From NCBI GenBank assembly GCA_002269645.1, contig NIVC01002791.1, positions 76,080-140,079 of the forward strand: 64,000 nucleotides of DNA. Direction: 5' to 3'. The position numbers were made by a program, and so were the translations under genes. The stretch comes from Macrostomum lignano. Taxonomy: Eukaryota. Below, one piece after another: positions 9,979-22,772 of the stretch (its first letter is position 1; the number at the start of each line of letters is the position of its first letter). Under the pieces are notes generated by a model. That model was given only the letters and a program-made list of their open reading frames with translations. It was not told the DNA's origin and did not search any database.

Positions 9979-10932
9979 ATGATTCCTGAAAAGCTGCCCA
10001 CTGAACAGGGAAGCGAGATCAACACGCAGGAGACTCGATCTGAGAACCAAACGAGTCAGGCGCTGTACCACGTGTCGAGAACTCTGGGAGACCGCCTGTC
10101 CCCCATGGCTCGCTCTCGGTCGGTCCTCGACCAATACGAGGCTCTGACGGCGGCCGTCTACCTCACCTCCAGCGCTGCCAGCCCCGCTTTCGTCAGTCGG
10201 GAGGCTCGCCGTCGGTCCTTCGAGCTGGACGACGCCTGGAGACGCCGAGGCGGCCGACAGTCGCCGGAGGACATGGTCGAGAGCGGCTTCTTCTACCTTG
10301 GAGAGGCCCACCACGTCAAGTGCTTCTTCTGCGACCTCGGCCTCAGATACTGGGACTCTGGAGACGTGCCGGAGGCGGAGCACGCCAAGTTCAGCCCGCT
10401 GTGCTTCTTCTTGAAGAGCTCGCGCGGTCTCGACTGGCTGCGGAGATCGAGTCCGCGACCTCCGAACTATCCGACATCGTACAGCCGGCAGGACCACAAC
10501 CAGCTGCTGCCGAGATTGGCTGTGCAGACGAGAAGATTCTCGGACTTCAGGAAGCTGGGCTACTGTCCCACCAAAGTGCTGCTGTGCGTGGCCAGGAAGT
10601 TCATCCGTCAAAGAAGGTTGCTTGAACCAGAGGATCTGATCCACGAGCTGTACTGCGATCAGAACAGAGAGCGGCCAATTTTCAGCTCAGAATTCGATCT
10701 CGACACCGCGTTGAACTCTGTCTGCAGCCAAGCCAGCACTCCTGACAATGCAGATCAGCAGGACCTGAGCAGCGCACTTTGCCGACTTTGCCGGAGCCGA
10801 CCGCTGGAGATTGTCTTCCAGCCATGCCGGCACTTCTGCTCCTGCCGGCAGTGCGCTGAGCTGCTTCAAGTCTGCCCAAGGAACCACTGTCAGTTGAGAA
10901 TTACCGACAAACTGAGAGCTTATATTTGTTAG
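9979..10932 (+). CDS. IAP-like copy 2: BIR + UBA-like + C-terminal RING, in a single uninterrupted ORF
   Basis: Intact BIR CFFC-x16-H-x6-C (CFFCDLGLRYWDSGDVPEAEHAKFSPLC). RING CRLC...PCRHFCSCRQC...CPRNHC at the C-terminus. An in-frame stop lies upstream at 9943-9945. Confidence 0.9.
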   Translation: MIPEKLPTEQGSEINTQETRSENQTSQALYHVSRTLGDRLSPMARSRSVLDQYEALTAAVYLTSSAASPAFVSREARRRSFELDDAWRRRGGRQSPEDMVESGFFYLGEAHHVKCFFCDLGLRYWDSGDVPEAEHAKFSPLCFFLKSSRGLDWLRRSSPRPPNYPTSYSRQDHNQLLPRLAVQTRRFSDFRKLGYCPTKVLLCVARKFIRQRRLLEPEDLIHELYCDQNRERPIFSSEFDLDTALNSVCSQASTPDNADQQDLSSALCRLCRSRPLEIVFQPCRHFCSCRQCAELLQVCPRNHCQLRITDKLRAYIC

Positions 10933-11734
10933 TGATGTAAAGGGACTGAAGTTCCCTTTTTTGTCTGTACAGCTTGTACTCGTATCTGTCTCTCTCTCTC
11001 TCTGACAGAATGTCGTGCACTCTCGTCCCTGTTCGCAAACCCCGTGAAGCTATTTTTAGCAGCTTGATATATAAAAATCTTTGCTAGTATTGTTATTGCA
11101 GCGATATGTAACTAAATTTTCACCAATATTATTACATGTTGTTCTATTTGTTGCTCTGCTATTTTCCGTAGCATTTTTTTACAAAAAATACAATCTAAAG
11201 GAAAATCGATACTAGGAATCAGATTTTTGATATTTATAAAATTACGATAATCCATACTGCCTGCTAACTGACAGTAGAATGCAACTACAGTTTTTATCAT
11301 AAAATTTCTTATTGATGAATCAATTTATTGTGAGCTAGATTGCAGTAAGCACAAAAGGATTTTAAAGAATCAGTGGTTTAACTTTAATTTGAAGCAAAAA
11401 TACATGCATCTACCATCTAACACAAAGTTAATTTGCGTGCTTTGATTAGTCACTACAGTTTAGCTATAAATCAATCTGCCATTCGATCAATTATTCACCT
11501 TTAACTGATAGGAAATCCTTGAAATTGTATTCCATAGAAAACCTGCAATTTCGGAAATGGTCTTCTCGTGAAACTGGCAGGGCCACAACTGTGTACATAA
11601 AGTTTAAGTTCAGATCAGTGTGGCAGGGGGGACATGCCCCCCTCAATAAATGCCATGGGGAGAAATGCCAAAGCTTTGTCCCCCAGCCGCACCAATTGTG
11701 GCTCGTTATGGTAAGCAATAATTTTGCTTCATGG

Positions 11735-12403
11735 CGCCAAAATGTAGCGCCTTCTGTACCAAAATGAGTGCCTGCGGCGCCAAAATAATTGCCTGCGGTG
11801 CTATAATGAGTGCCTGCGGCGCCAAAATGAGTGCCTGCGGTGCCAAAATGAGTGCCTGCGGTGCCAAAATGAGTGCCTGCGGTGCTATAATGAGTGCCTG
11901 CGGCGCCAAAATGAGTGCCTGCGGCGCCAAAATAATTGCCTGCGGTGCTATAATGAGTGCCTGCGGCGCCAAAATGAGTGCCTGCGGTGCTAAAATGAGT
12001 GCCTGCGGTGCTATAATGAGTGCCTGCGGCGCCAAAATGAGTGCCTGCGGTGCTAAAATGAGTGCCTGCGGCGCCAAAATGAGTGCCTGCGGTGCTAAAA
12101 TGAGTGCCTGCGGTGCCAAAATGAGTGCCTGCGGTGCTATAATGAGTGCCTGCGGCGCCAAAATGAGTGCCTGCGGCGCCAAAATAATTGCCTGCGGTGC
12201 TATAATGAGTGCCTGCGGCGCCAAAATGAGTGCCTGCGGTGCCAAAATGAGTGCCTGCGGTGCCAAAATGAGTGCCTGCGGCGCCAAAATGAGTGCCTGC
12301 GGTGCCAAAATGAGTGCCTGCGGTGCCAAAATGAGTGCCTGCGGTGCCAAAATGAGTGCCTGCGGTGCCAAAATGAGTGCCTGCGGTGCCAAAATGAGTG
12401 CCT
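11735..12403. repeat. 21-bp minisatellite (GAGTGCCTGCGGYGCCAAAAT)n with recurring variant blocks
   Basis: About 32 copies; the variant AAAATAATTGCC/GCTATAATG recurs periodically. Confidence 0.95.
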
Positions 12404-13879
12404 AAGGGTGTCGGGTCTTTCTTGTATTAATATTAATAGTCTGCAGATCTTTTTTTAATTCTCTGTTTATAGTCTATGGCTTATCTGGGCGTAGTCTATG
12501 GCGACGTTTTTCTTAACGCCTCTCGTGCCGGATTGTATGGATAGCATATGGTATGGAGTCTCCTGTTTTGACTACCCGCATAGAAAATGCGAAGCTACGA
12601 AGAAAGCAAACAAATGTGATTAAAGTGAGCAAACCAACTGCTGCACTCTTGGCAACGGTGATAATCTGTTGATTGATTTCATCTGGTGGCCTCTCCAGCT
12701 CCATTTGTACGGCTGGCACGGCTTGTCTAAATTTAACTGCTCTGTGCCACAGACCATAGACGGTGTTTTGACCATAGACGAAAGTTAGATGGTCGAATCT
12801 TCGCATTGGTCGAAGTCCTGAAACGAATTCCTCGAATTCTAATAGCATAATATCGGAGATACAGATAGAATTTGTGCCAAAAATATAAATTACGAGCGAT
12901 TTTGTTTTAAGTAGATAAACATATATATTTAATATATTAAGTATTTAAGTGCTGTTAAGATTTAGAAATTTAGAGACAGCATATAAACATTACCAAATGG
13001 TCGAATGTCGTGATCAGGATGGAGAAAATTTTGGAGTCAAACAAAGTAATTGTAATAGTTTAGCATCTTTTTGCTCCAGACTCTGAAGCATGGAACACCT
13101 GCTTCTGCCTGCGGCTTGCCCGCCCCATCGCTGATAAAGTATACATCCTGCTCTTATGGGATCATTTAATACGGCTCTGTTCAGACAAAATATTCGGAGA
13201 AAGTTAGGCGGTAGAATATTAACACGCGAGTTAAGTAGGGAACAGTTTTAAAATTTCAAATTTTCAAATATGATTTTTAAATTTACATCAATCTCCCATA
13301 TACTAAAAATGAAATGTCTGTAGCTATGCGATAGATTTCAGAAAAATTGGCTCAACCGATTTTCTTCAAACTTGCACCATTCGATCAGAAATTTTCCTGG
13401 CACGGTACATGCATCTTGGCTAAGAAATTGCTCAATGTTAAAGGGATTAAATATTCGAAAAACATGCTTTTTTGCAAAGGTCAAGCAGCTCTTTTGACCT
13501 GAAATGCATTGTAAAAATGCGAGAGAAAAAACTCACTGACTGAATTTCAATTGTGATAAAGATTGCATCACAAGTTGAAAACAGTGTCAAAGAAATGCAC
13601 ACACGACTTGATTGAAATTGTGTAGCCATATTGCTAACTTAAATTGAGACTGATACTGGCTGACTGAGAAATTGATTATGTCATAACTTTTTACTCCAAT
13701 TGACTTGCTGTAAGAATTGAATTATAAGGGCCACAATTCATGTTCTTCAATTGAAAAGAGATAGCCCTGATGCGAACAGACTGGAATGCTAATGTAGCGA
13801 CCTGGGTTCGAATCTTAGTAGTGCAAAAATATATTTTTTATTAAAACACCTTTAAAACACAACAAAACTGCTAAACATC

Positions 13880-15278
13880 AAAGAAGCGCAATGTCAAACA
13901 TAGAAGAGCCAACATATCGAACATAAAAGAGTTACCATATCAAACATAGAAGAGCCACCATGTCGAACATTAAAGAGCCACCATGTCAAACATAAAAGAC
14001 CCACCATGTCAAACATAAAGAGCCACCCTGTCAAACATTTAGGAGCCACCATGTCAAACATATATGTGACTTAAAGTCAAACATTAAAGAGCCACCATTT
14101 CAAACCTTAAAAAGCCACTATGTCGAACATTAAAGAGCCACCATGTCTAACATAAAAGAGCTATACCATGAAGAACATTAAAGAGCCACCATGTCGAACA
14201 TAAAAGAGCCACCATGTAGAATATTAAAGAGCCACCATGTCAAACTTTAAGAGCCACCATGTCGAACATTAAAGAGCCACCATGTCAAACATTTAAGAGC
14301 CACCATGTCAAATATATATGTGACTTTATGTCAAAAATTAAAGAGCCACCATGTCGAACATTAAAGTGCCACCATGTGCAACATAAAAGAGCTATATCAT
14401 GAAGAACATCAAAGAGCCACCATGTTAAAAATTAAAGAGCCACCATGTGAAACATTAAAGAGCCACCATGTCAAACATTTAAGAGCCACCATTTCGAACA
14501 CTAAAAAGCCACCATGTCAAACAATTAAGAGCCACCATGTCAAACATTAAAGAGCGACTTTGTCGAACATTAAAGAGCCACCATGTAGAATATTAAAGAG
14601 CCACCATGAAGAACATTAAAGAGCCACCATGTCAAACATTTAGAAGCCACCATGCCAAAGATTTAAGAGCCACCATGTCAAACATAAAAGAGCCACCATG
14701 TTAAACGTTAAAGAGCCACCATGTCAAACATAGAAGAGCCACCATGTCAGATATTAAAAAGAGCCACCATGTCGAACATAAAAGAGCCACCATGTCAAAC
14801 ATTAAAGAGCCACCATGTCAAACATATATGTGACTTTATTTCAAACATATATGTGACTTTATGTCAAACATATATGTGACTTTATGTCAAACATTAAAGA
14901 GCCACCATGTCAAACATTAAAGAGCCACCATGTGAAACATTAAAGAGCCATTATGTCAAACCTAAAAGAGCCACCATGTCGAACATTAAAGAGCCACCAT
15001 GTCAAACATAAATCTGGCATGATGTCAAACATTAAAGTGCCACCATATCGAACATTAAAGAGCCACCATGTCTAATAGTAAAGAGCCACCATGTCAAACA
15101 TTAAAGGGCCATCATGTAGAACATTAAAGAGCCACCATGTCGAACATTAAAGAACCACCATGTCAAAAATAGAAGAGCCACCATGTCAAACATAGAAGAG
15201 CCGCCATGTCGAACATTAAAGAGCCACCATGTCTAACATTAAAGAGCCACCATGTCTAACAGTAAAAAGCCACCATGT
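13880..15278. repeat. 23-bp satellite (ATTAAAGAGCCACCATGTCAAAC)n inside Helitron A
   Basis: About 60 imperfect copies. Confidence 0.95.
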
Positions 15279-15672
15279 CGCCTGCTATCTGGGGGTGCTT
15301 GCTATCTGGGAGAGCCTGCTATCTGGGGGTGCTTGCTATCTGGGGGTGCTTGCTATCTGGGGGTGCCTGCTATCTGGGGGTGCTAGCTTTCTGGGGGTGC
15401 TTGCTATCTGGGGGTGCTTGCTATCTGGGGTGCTTGCTATCTGGGGGTGCCTGCTATCTGGGGGTGCTTGCTATCTGGGGGTGCTTGCTATCTGGGTTGC
15501 TTGTTATCTGGGGGATGCTTGCTATCTGGGTGGTGCCTGTTATCTGGGGGGTGCTTGCTATCTGGGGGGATGCTTGCTATCTGGGGGGTGCTTGCTATCT
15601 GGGGGGATGCTTGCTATCTGGGGGATGCTTGCTATCTGGAGGTGCTTGCTATCTGGGGGGATGCTTGCTGTC
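15279..15672. repeat. 18-19-bp repeat (TGCTTGCTATCTGGGGGG)n inside Helitron A
   Basis: Direct reading; it starts abruptly where the 23-bp array ends. Confidence 0.95.
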
Positions 15673-16437
15673 TTAGGATGTTTTCTTTTTGCATTGCACT
15701 TCATCTGAGCAGTTTTTCTATTGACTATGTGAAGGCTTTGTTAGGCCATCTTATTGATACTTGTAGAGAACAGAGATTCTATCTAGATGTCCCCCGTCGG
15801 GGGGCGAAGATTGCTAGTCCAATATACTAAAAATGGTCTGTCTGTGTCTATCTATCTATCTATGTGATTGATTAGAGAAAAAATGGCTGGACCGATTTTG
15901 TTCGAACTTGCACTGTTCGATCAGAAATTTTCCCGTGACTGTACATGCATCGCGGCTAAGAAATTGCTCGATGCTAAAGGCATTAAATATTCGAAAAACA
16001 TGCTTTTTTGCAAAGGTCAAGCAAACTTTTCGACTTGAAATGCATTGTAAGAATGCTAGAGAAAAAACTGACTGGTTGAATTCTGATTCTGAAATAGATT
16101 GCATCATAACTGAATTGTAACTCCGACTTGAATTGAAAATGCAGTGTGGAAGCGTAGCACCAGACTTGATTTAAATTGCGTAACCATATTGTTAACTGAT
16201 ACCGACTGACTGAGAAACTGATTATGTCACAACTGCTTCGTGTGATTTACTCTATGCTTGGATTTTAAAGTGTTGAATTATTTAAGTGCAAAATTTGATG
16301 TTATCAAAAGATGAGAGCTAGCCTAGAGGTGAACAAACTGAACTGCTAAATGCAGCGACGATGGTTCGAATTTTCATAGAGTATAATTTTTTTTAATTAA
16401 AGATTTTCAGCGTAAGGAAAACTAAAAGACTTTTTAA

Positions 16438-19400
16438 AAAGAAGCGTCATGTAAAAATCATAGAAGCGTCATATAAACAATCATAGAAGCGTCATGTAAA
16501 AAATCATAGAAGCGTCATGTAAACAATCATAGAAGCGTTATGTAAAAAATCGTAGAAGCGTCATATTAAAATCATAGAAGCGCCATTTAAAAAATCATAG
16601 AAGCGTCATGTAAAAAATCATAGAAGCGTCATGTAAACAATCATAGAAGCGTCATGTAAAAAATCATAAGAAGCGTCATGTAAACAATCATAGAAGCGTC
16701 ATGTAAAAAAAATCATAGAAGCGTCATGTAAACAATCATAGAAGCGTCATGTAAAAAATCGTAGAAGCGTCATATTAAAATCATAGAAGCGTCATTTAAA
16801 AAATCATAGAAGCGTCATGTAAAAAATCATAGAAGCGTCATGTAAACAATCATAGAAGCGTCATGTAAAAAATCATAAGAAGCGTCATGTAAACAATCAT
16901 AGAAGCGTCATGTAAAAAAAATCATAGAAGCGTCATGTAAACAATCATAGAAGCGTCATGTAAAAAATCGTAGAAGCGTCATATTAAAATCATAGAAGCG
17001 TCATTTAAAAAATCATAGAAGCGTCATGTAAAAAATCATAGAAGCGTCATTTAAAAAATCATAGAAGCGTCAATATGTAAACAATCATAGAAGCGTCATG
17101 TAAAAAATCGTAGAAGCGTCATATAAAAATCATAGAAGCGCCATTTAAAAAATCATAGAAGCGTCATGTAAAAAATCATAAGAAGCGTCATGTAAACAAT
17201 CATAGAAGCGTCATATAAAAATCATAGAAGTGTCATATAAAATATCATAAAAGCGTCATGTAAACAATCATAGAAGCGTCATGTAAAAAAGCATAGAAGC
17301 GTCATGTAAAAAATCATAGAAGCGTCATGTAAACAATCATAGAAGCGTCATGTAAAAAATCGTAGAAGCGTCATATTAAAATCATAGAAGCGTCATTTAA
17401 AAAATCATAGAAGCGTCATGTAAAAAATCATAGAAGCGTCATGTAAAAAATCATAGAAGCGTCATTTAAAAAATCATAGAAGCGTCAATATGTAAACAAT
17501 CATAGAAGCGTCATGTAAAAAATCGTAGAAGCGTCATATAATAATCATAGAAGCGCCATTTAAAAAATCATAGAAGCGTCATGTAAAAAATCATAAGAAG
17601 CGTCATGTAAACAATCATAGAAGCGTCATATAAAAATCATAGAAGTGTCATATAAAATATCATAGAAGCGTCATGTAAACAATCATAGAAGCGTCATGTA
17701 AACAATCATAGAAGCGTTATGTAAAAAATCGTAGAAGCGTCATATTAAAATCATAGAAGCGTCATGTAAAAAATCATAGAAGCGTCATGTAAACAATCAT
17801 AGAAGCGTCATGTAAACAATCATAGAAGCGTCATGTAAACAATCATAGAAGCGTCATGTAAAAAATCATAGAAGCGTCATGTAAACAATCATAGAAGCGT
17901 CATTTAAAAAATCATAGAAGCGTCAATATGTAAACAATCATAGAAGCGTCATGTAAAAAATCGTAGAAGCGTCATATAAAAATCATAGAAGCGCCATTTC
18001 AAAAATCATAGAAGCGTCATGTAAAAAATCATAAGAAGCGTCATGTAAACAATCATAGAAGCGTCATGTAAAAAAATCATAGAAGCGTCATGTAAACAAT
18101 CATAGAAGCGTCATGTAAAAAATCGTAAAAGCGTCATATTAAAATCATAGAAGCGTCATTTAAAAAATCATAGAAGCGTCATGTAAAAAATCATAGAAGC
18201 GTCATTTAAAAATCATAGAAGCGTTATGTAAAAAATCGTAGAAGCGTCATATTAAAATCATAGAAGCGTCATTTAAAAAATCATAGAAGCGTCATGTAAA
18301 AAATCATAGAAGCGTCATTTAAAAATCATAGAAGCGTCATTTAAAAAATCATAGAAGCGTCAATATGTAAACAATCATAGAAGCGTCATGTAAAAAATCG
18401 TAGAAGCGTCATATAAAAATCATAGAAGCGCCATTTAAAAAATCATAGAAGCGTCATGTAAAAAATCATAAGAAGCGTCATGTAAACAATCATAGAAGCG
18501 TCATATAAAAATCATAGAAGTGTCATATAAAATATCATAGAAGCGTCATGTAAACAATCATAGAAGCGTCATGTAAAAAATCATAGAAGCGTCATGTAAA
18601 AAATCATAGAAGCGTCATGTAAAAAATCATAGAAGCGTCATGTAAACAATCATAGAAGCGTCATGTAAACAATCATAGAAGCGTCATGTAAACAATCATA
18701 GAAGCGTCATGTAAACAATCATAGAAGCGTCATGTAAACAATCATAGAAGCGTCATGTAAACAATCATAGAAGCGTCATGTAAACAATCATAGAAGCGTC
18801 ATTTAAAAAATCATAGAAGCGTCATGTAAACAATCATAGAAGCGTCATGTAAAAAATCGTAGAAGCGTCATATAAAAATCATAGAAGCGCATTTAAAAAT
18901 CATAGAAGCGTCATGTAAAAAATCATAAGAAGCGTCATGTAAACAATCATAGAAGCGTCATGTAAAAAATCATAGAAGCGTCATGTAAACAATCATAGAA
19001 GCGTCATGTAAAAAATCGTAGAAGCGTCATGTAAAAAATCATAGAAGCGTCATGTAAAAAATAATAGAAGCGTCATTTAAAAATCATAGAAGCGTCATTT
19101 AAAAATCATAGAAGCGTCATTTAAAAAATCATAGAAGCGTCATATAAACAATCATAGAAGCGTCATGTAAAAAATCGTAGAAGCGTCATATAAAAATCAT
19201 AGAAGCGCATTAAAAAATCATAGAAGCGTCATGTAAAAAATCATAAGAAGCGTCATGTAAACAATCATAGAAGCGTCATGTAAAAAAAATCATAGAAGCG
19301 TCATGTAAACAATCATAGAAGCGTCATGTAAAAAATCGTAGCAGCGTCATATTAAAATCATAGAAGCGTCATTTAAAAAATCATAGCAGCGTCATGTAAA

Positions 19401-21383
19401 AAATCATAGAAGCGTCATTTAAAAATCATAGAAGCGTCATTTAAAAAATCATAGAAGCGTCATATGTAAACAATCATAGAAGCGTCATGTAAAAAATCGT
19501 AGAAGCGTCATATAAAAATCATAGAAGCGCATTTAAAAAATCATAGAAGCGTCATGTAAAAAATCATAGAAGCGTCATGTAAACAATCATAGAAGCGTCA
19601 TGTAAAAAAATCATAGAAGCGTCATGTAAACAATCATAGAAGCGTCATGTAAAAAATCGTAGAAGCGTCATATTAAAATCATAGAAGCGTCATTAAAAAA
19701 TCATAGAAGCGTCATGTAAAAAATCATAGAAACGTCATGTAAAAAATCATAGAAGCGTCATTAAAAATCATAGAAGCGTCATATGTAAACAATTATAGAA
19801 GCGTCATGTAAAAAATCGTAGAAGCGTCATATAAAAATCATAGAAGCGTCATTTAAAAAATCATAGAAGCGTCATGTAAAAAATCATAAGAAGCGTCATG
19901 TAAACAATCATAGAAGCGTCATATAAAAATCATAGAAGTGTCATATAAAAATCATAGAAGCGTCATGTAAACAATCATAGAAGCGTCATGTAAACAATCA
20001 TAGAAGCGTCATGTAAAAAATCGTAGAAGCGTCATATAAAATCATAGAAGCGTCATGTAAAAAATCATAGAAGCGTCATGTAAACAATCATAGAAGCGTC
20101 ATGTAAACAATCATAGAAGCGTCATGTAAACAATCATAGAAGCGTCATGTAAACAATCATAGAAGCGTCATGTAAACAATCATAGAAGCGTCATTAAAAA
20201 TCATAGAAGCGTCATATGTAAAAATCATAGAAGCGTCATGTAAAAAATCGTAGAAGCGTCATATAAAAATCATAGAAGCGTCATTAAAAATCATAGAAGC
20301 GTCATGTAAAAAATCATAGAAGCGTCATGTAAACAATCATAGAAGCGTCATGTAAAAAATCATAGAAGCGTCATGTAAACAATCATAGAAGCGTCATGTA
20401 AAAAATCGTAAAAGCGTCATATTAAAATCATAGAAGCGTCATTTAAAAAATCATAGAAGCGTCATGTAAAAAATCATAGAAGCGTCATTTAAAAATCATA
20501 GAAGCGTCATTTAAAAAATCATAGAAGCGTCATGTAAAAAATCATAGAAGCGTCATTTAAAAATCATAGAAGCGTCATGTAAAAAATCATAGAAGCGTCA
20601 TGTAAACAATCATAGAAGCGTCATGTAAAAAATCGTAGAAGCGTCATATAAAAATCATAGAAGCGTCATGTAAACAATCATAGAAGCGTCATGTAAAAAA
20701 TCGTAGAAGAGTCATATTAAAATCATAGAAGCGTCATTTAAAAAATCATAGAAGCGTCATGTAAAAATCATAGAAGCGTCAAATAAAAATCATAGAAGCG
20801 TCATTTAAAAAATCATAGAAGCGTCATGTAAACAATCATAGAAGCGTCATGTAAAAAATCGTAGAAGCGTCATATAAAATCATAGAAGCGCCATTTAAAA
20901 AATCATAGAAGCGTCATGTAAAAAATCATAGAAGCGTCATGTAAACAATCATAGAAGCGTCATATAAAAATCATAGAAGCGTCATATAAAATATCATAGA
21001 AGCGTCATGTAAAAAATCATAGAAGCGTCATATAAAATATCATAGAAGCGTCATGTAAAAAATCATAGAAGCGTCATGTAAACAATCATAGAAGCGTCAT
21101 GTAAACAATCATAGAAGCGTCATGTAAACAATCATAGAAGCGTCATGTAAAAAATCGTAGAAGCATCATGTAAAAAATCATAGAAGCGTCATGTAAACAA
21201 TCATAGAAGCGTCATGTAAACAATCATAGAAGCGTCATGTAAACAATCATAGAAGCATCATGTAAAAAATCGTAGAAGCGTCATATAAAAATCGTAGAAG
21301 CGTCATGTAAACAATCATAGAAGCGTCATGTAAACAATCATAGAAGCGTCATGTAAACAATCATAGAAGCGTCATGTAAAAAA
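16438..21383. repeat. 23-bp satellite (CATAGAAGCGTCATGTAAAAAAT)n inside Helitron B, with higher-order variant blocks
   Basis: About 215 copies estimated from length. Multi-monomer blocks containing TCGTAG, GCCATTT and CATAAG variants recur. Confidence 0.97.
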
Positions 21384-22293
21384 CTAATGAAAGTGTCTTT
21401 TAAAAAATTAAGAAGCATCATGGTAGAATAAAAGAAGCGTCATGTCAGACATGAAGGGTGTCATGTAAAAATTAAATGCAGCTATAATGCTGTGCTGGGG
21501 AGAAAAAACTGAGACGTAAAGGCTCTCAGAGAATAACTGAGATTACGGGGGGGGGTTTCTGAGATGTCAAAGCAAAAGTCAGAAGCTACTTCAAAGTTCA
21601 TGTACTTTACTCAATTTTTTTATTGCATTCTTTGTTGGCTCGCCACAGGGGGGCGCTGATAGAAGAATAGTCATGTAAAAAATAAAAGTAGCACTACAAG
21701 CGTATGTATACATAAAAGAAAAGTCATGTTCAAGTTAAAAGATTCATTTGGGAATTGCTACGATGTCAAAGCTTGGTGGAAATCGTTATAGTGCTGTGAT
21801 TCTTAAAGAATGAATCACTAAAATGTCAAGGCTTAGGGGAGAAGAATTGCTGAGATTTCAAGGCTTTAGGTTGGGTTAAAGTTAGGTTTAGGTCAGGTGT
21901 GGGTTGAGGGTTATATTTTATCGGGTTTCAAGGTTAACAGAATAACAGGGGATTTTTTAGATTTCAAGGTTTATGGGGGCCATCGCTGACATGTTAAGGC
22001 TTACGGGGGGAATAGCTGAGATGTCAAGGCTCACGGGGGTATAAATGAGATTTCAAGGCTAAAGTCAGAAGCTACATGTAGTTTATTGAAAACTTTTTAT
22101 TACATTATTTGATGCCTTTTCAGGGGAGGGATCGCTGATAAAAAAGTGTAATGTAAAAAATAAAAGAAGCTTCATGTCGAAGTTAAGATATTCATTTGGG
22201 AATCCCTACGATGTCGAGGCTTGCAGGGAATCGCTATAATGCTGTAGTAGTGCTATTATGACTCTTAGAGAGAATTACTGAAATTTCAATGCT

Positions 22294-22355
22294 TTAGGGT
22301 TAGGTTAAGGTTAGGGTTAGGGTTAGGGTTAGGGTTAGGCTAGGGTTAGGGTTAG
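22294..22355 (+). repeat. Interstitial telomere-type repeat (TTAGGG)n
   Basis: About 10 mostly perfect TTAGGG units; a degenerate copy lies at about 21865-21910. Confidence 0.9.
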
Positions 22356-22772
22356 AAGGTTGACAGATATTTTTAGATTTCCAAGGCTTATTGGGGGCAT
22401 TGCTGAGATGTCAAGGGGGGAAGTTGATATGTTAAAGCTTGTGGGGGGATTATTGACATGTCAAGGCTTACAAGGTTTGACAGGAGATTTTTAAAGGTTT
22501 CAAGGATATATATGTAGCTTATTAAAAAAACGTGTATTGCATTTCTTTGGCTCCCCAACGGGGGGCGTAGATTGCTAGTGTTTGCTAATGCTGAAAGTAC
22601 AATTAAATAGCTTTTATGTAACAGCAAACAATTCAAGATCGATTTCGGTTTTAAACATAAAACATATCTAGACAGAATAACAAAACTACAAAGCGCTAAC
22701 AAGGACAATGAGGCTAATGTGCATTTTAAATCTGCACATGATTTTGCGAGAGAGCTATAGTCTGTTAATAAC

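Larger units (their letters stand above)
13292..15817 (+). mobile_element. Non-autonomous Helitron A carrying internal satellites
   Basis: 5' A|TCTCCCATATACTAAAAATG; ACCGATTTTCTTCAAACTTGC subterminal motif; 3' hairpin CCCCCGTCGGGGGG (15791-15804) followed about 10 nt later by CTAG (15814-15817). The first ~550 bp are homologous to 15818-16400. Confidence 0.75.
15818..22578 (+). mobile_element. Non-autonomous Helitron B carrying a ~4.9-kb satellite
   Basis: Starts TCCAATATACTAAAAATGG immediately after the CTAG of element A. A (GTCT)/(CTAT) microsatellite precedes GGCTGGACCGATTTTGTTCGAACTTG. 3' hairpin CCCCAACGGGGGG then CGTAGATTGCTAG|T at 22575-22578. Confidence 0.75.

Noticed and set aside
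11706-12405. ORFs (MSACGAK)n and (APQALIL)n
   Set aside because: A 21-bp tandem repeat open on both strands; no splice or start context.
13805-13815. B-box-like GGTTCGAATC (also at about 16363)
   Set aside because: No A-box or cloverleaf; part of the shared Helitron 5' region.
15229-15830. ORFs rich in GGACYLGVLAIW
   Set aside because: Minisatellite inside Helitron A.
16438-21383. Possible CRISPR array (regular 23-bp repeats; the 53-bp and 56-bp arrays were also considered)
   Set aside because: Units are contiguous with no unique spacers, there are no cas genes, and the context is eukaryotic.
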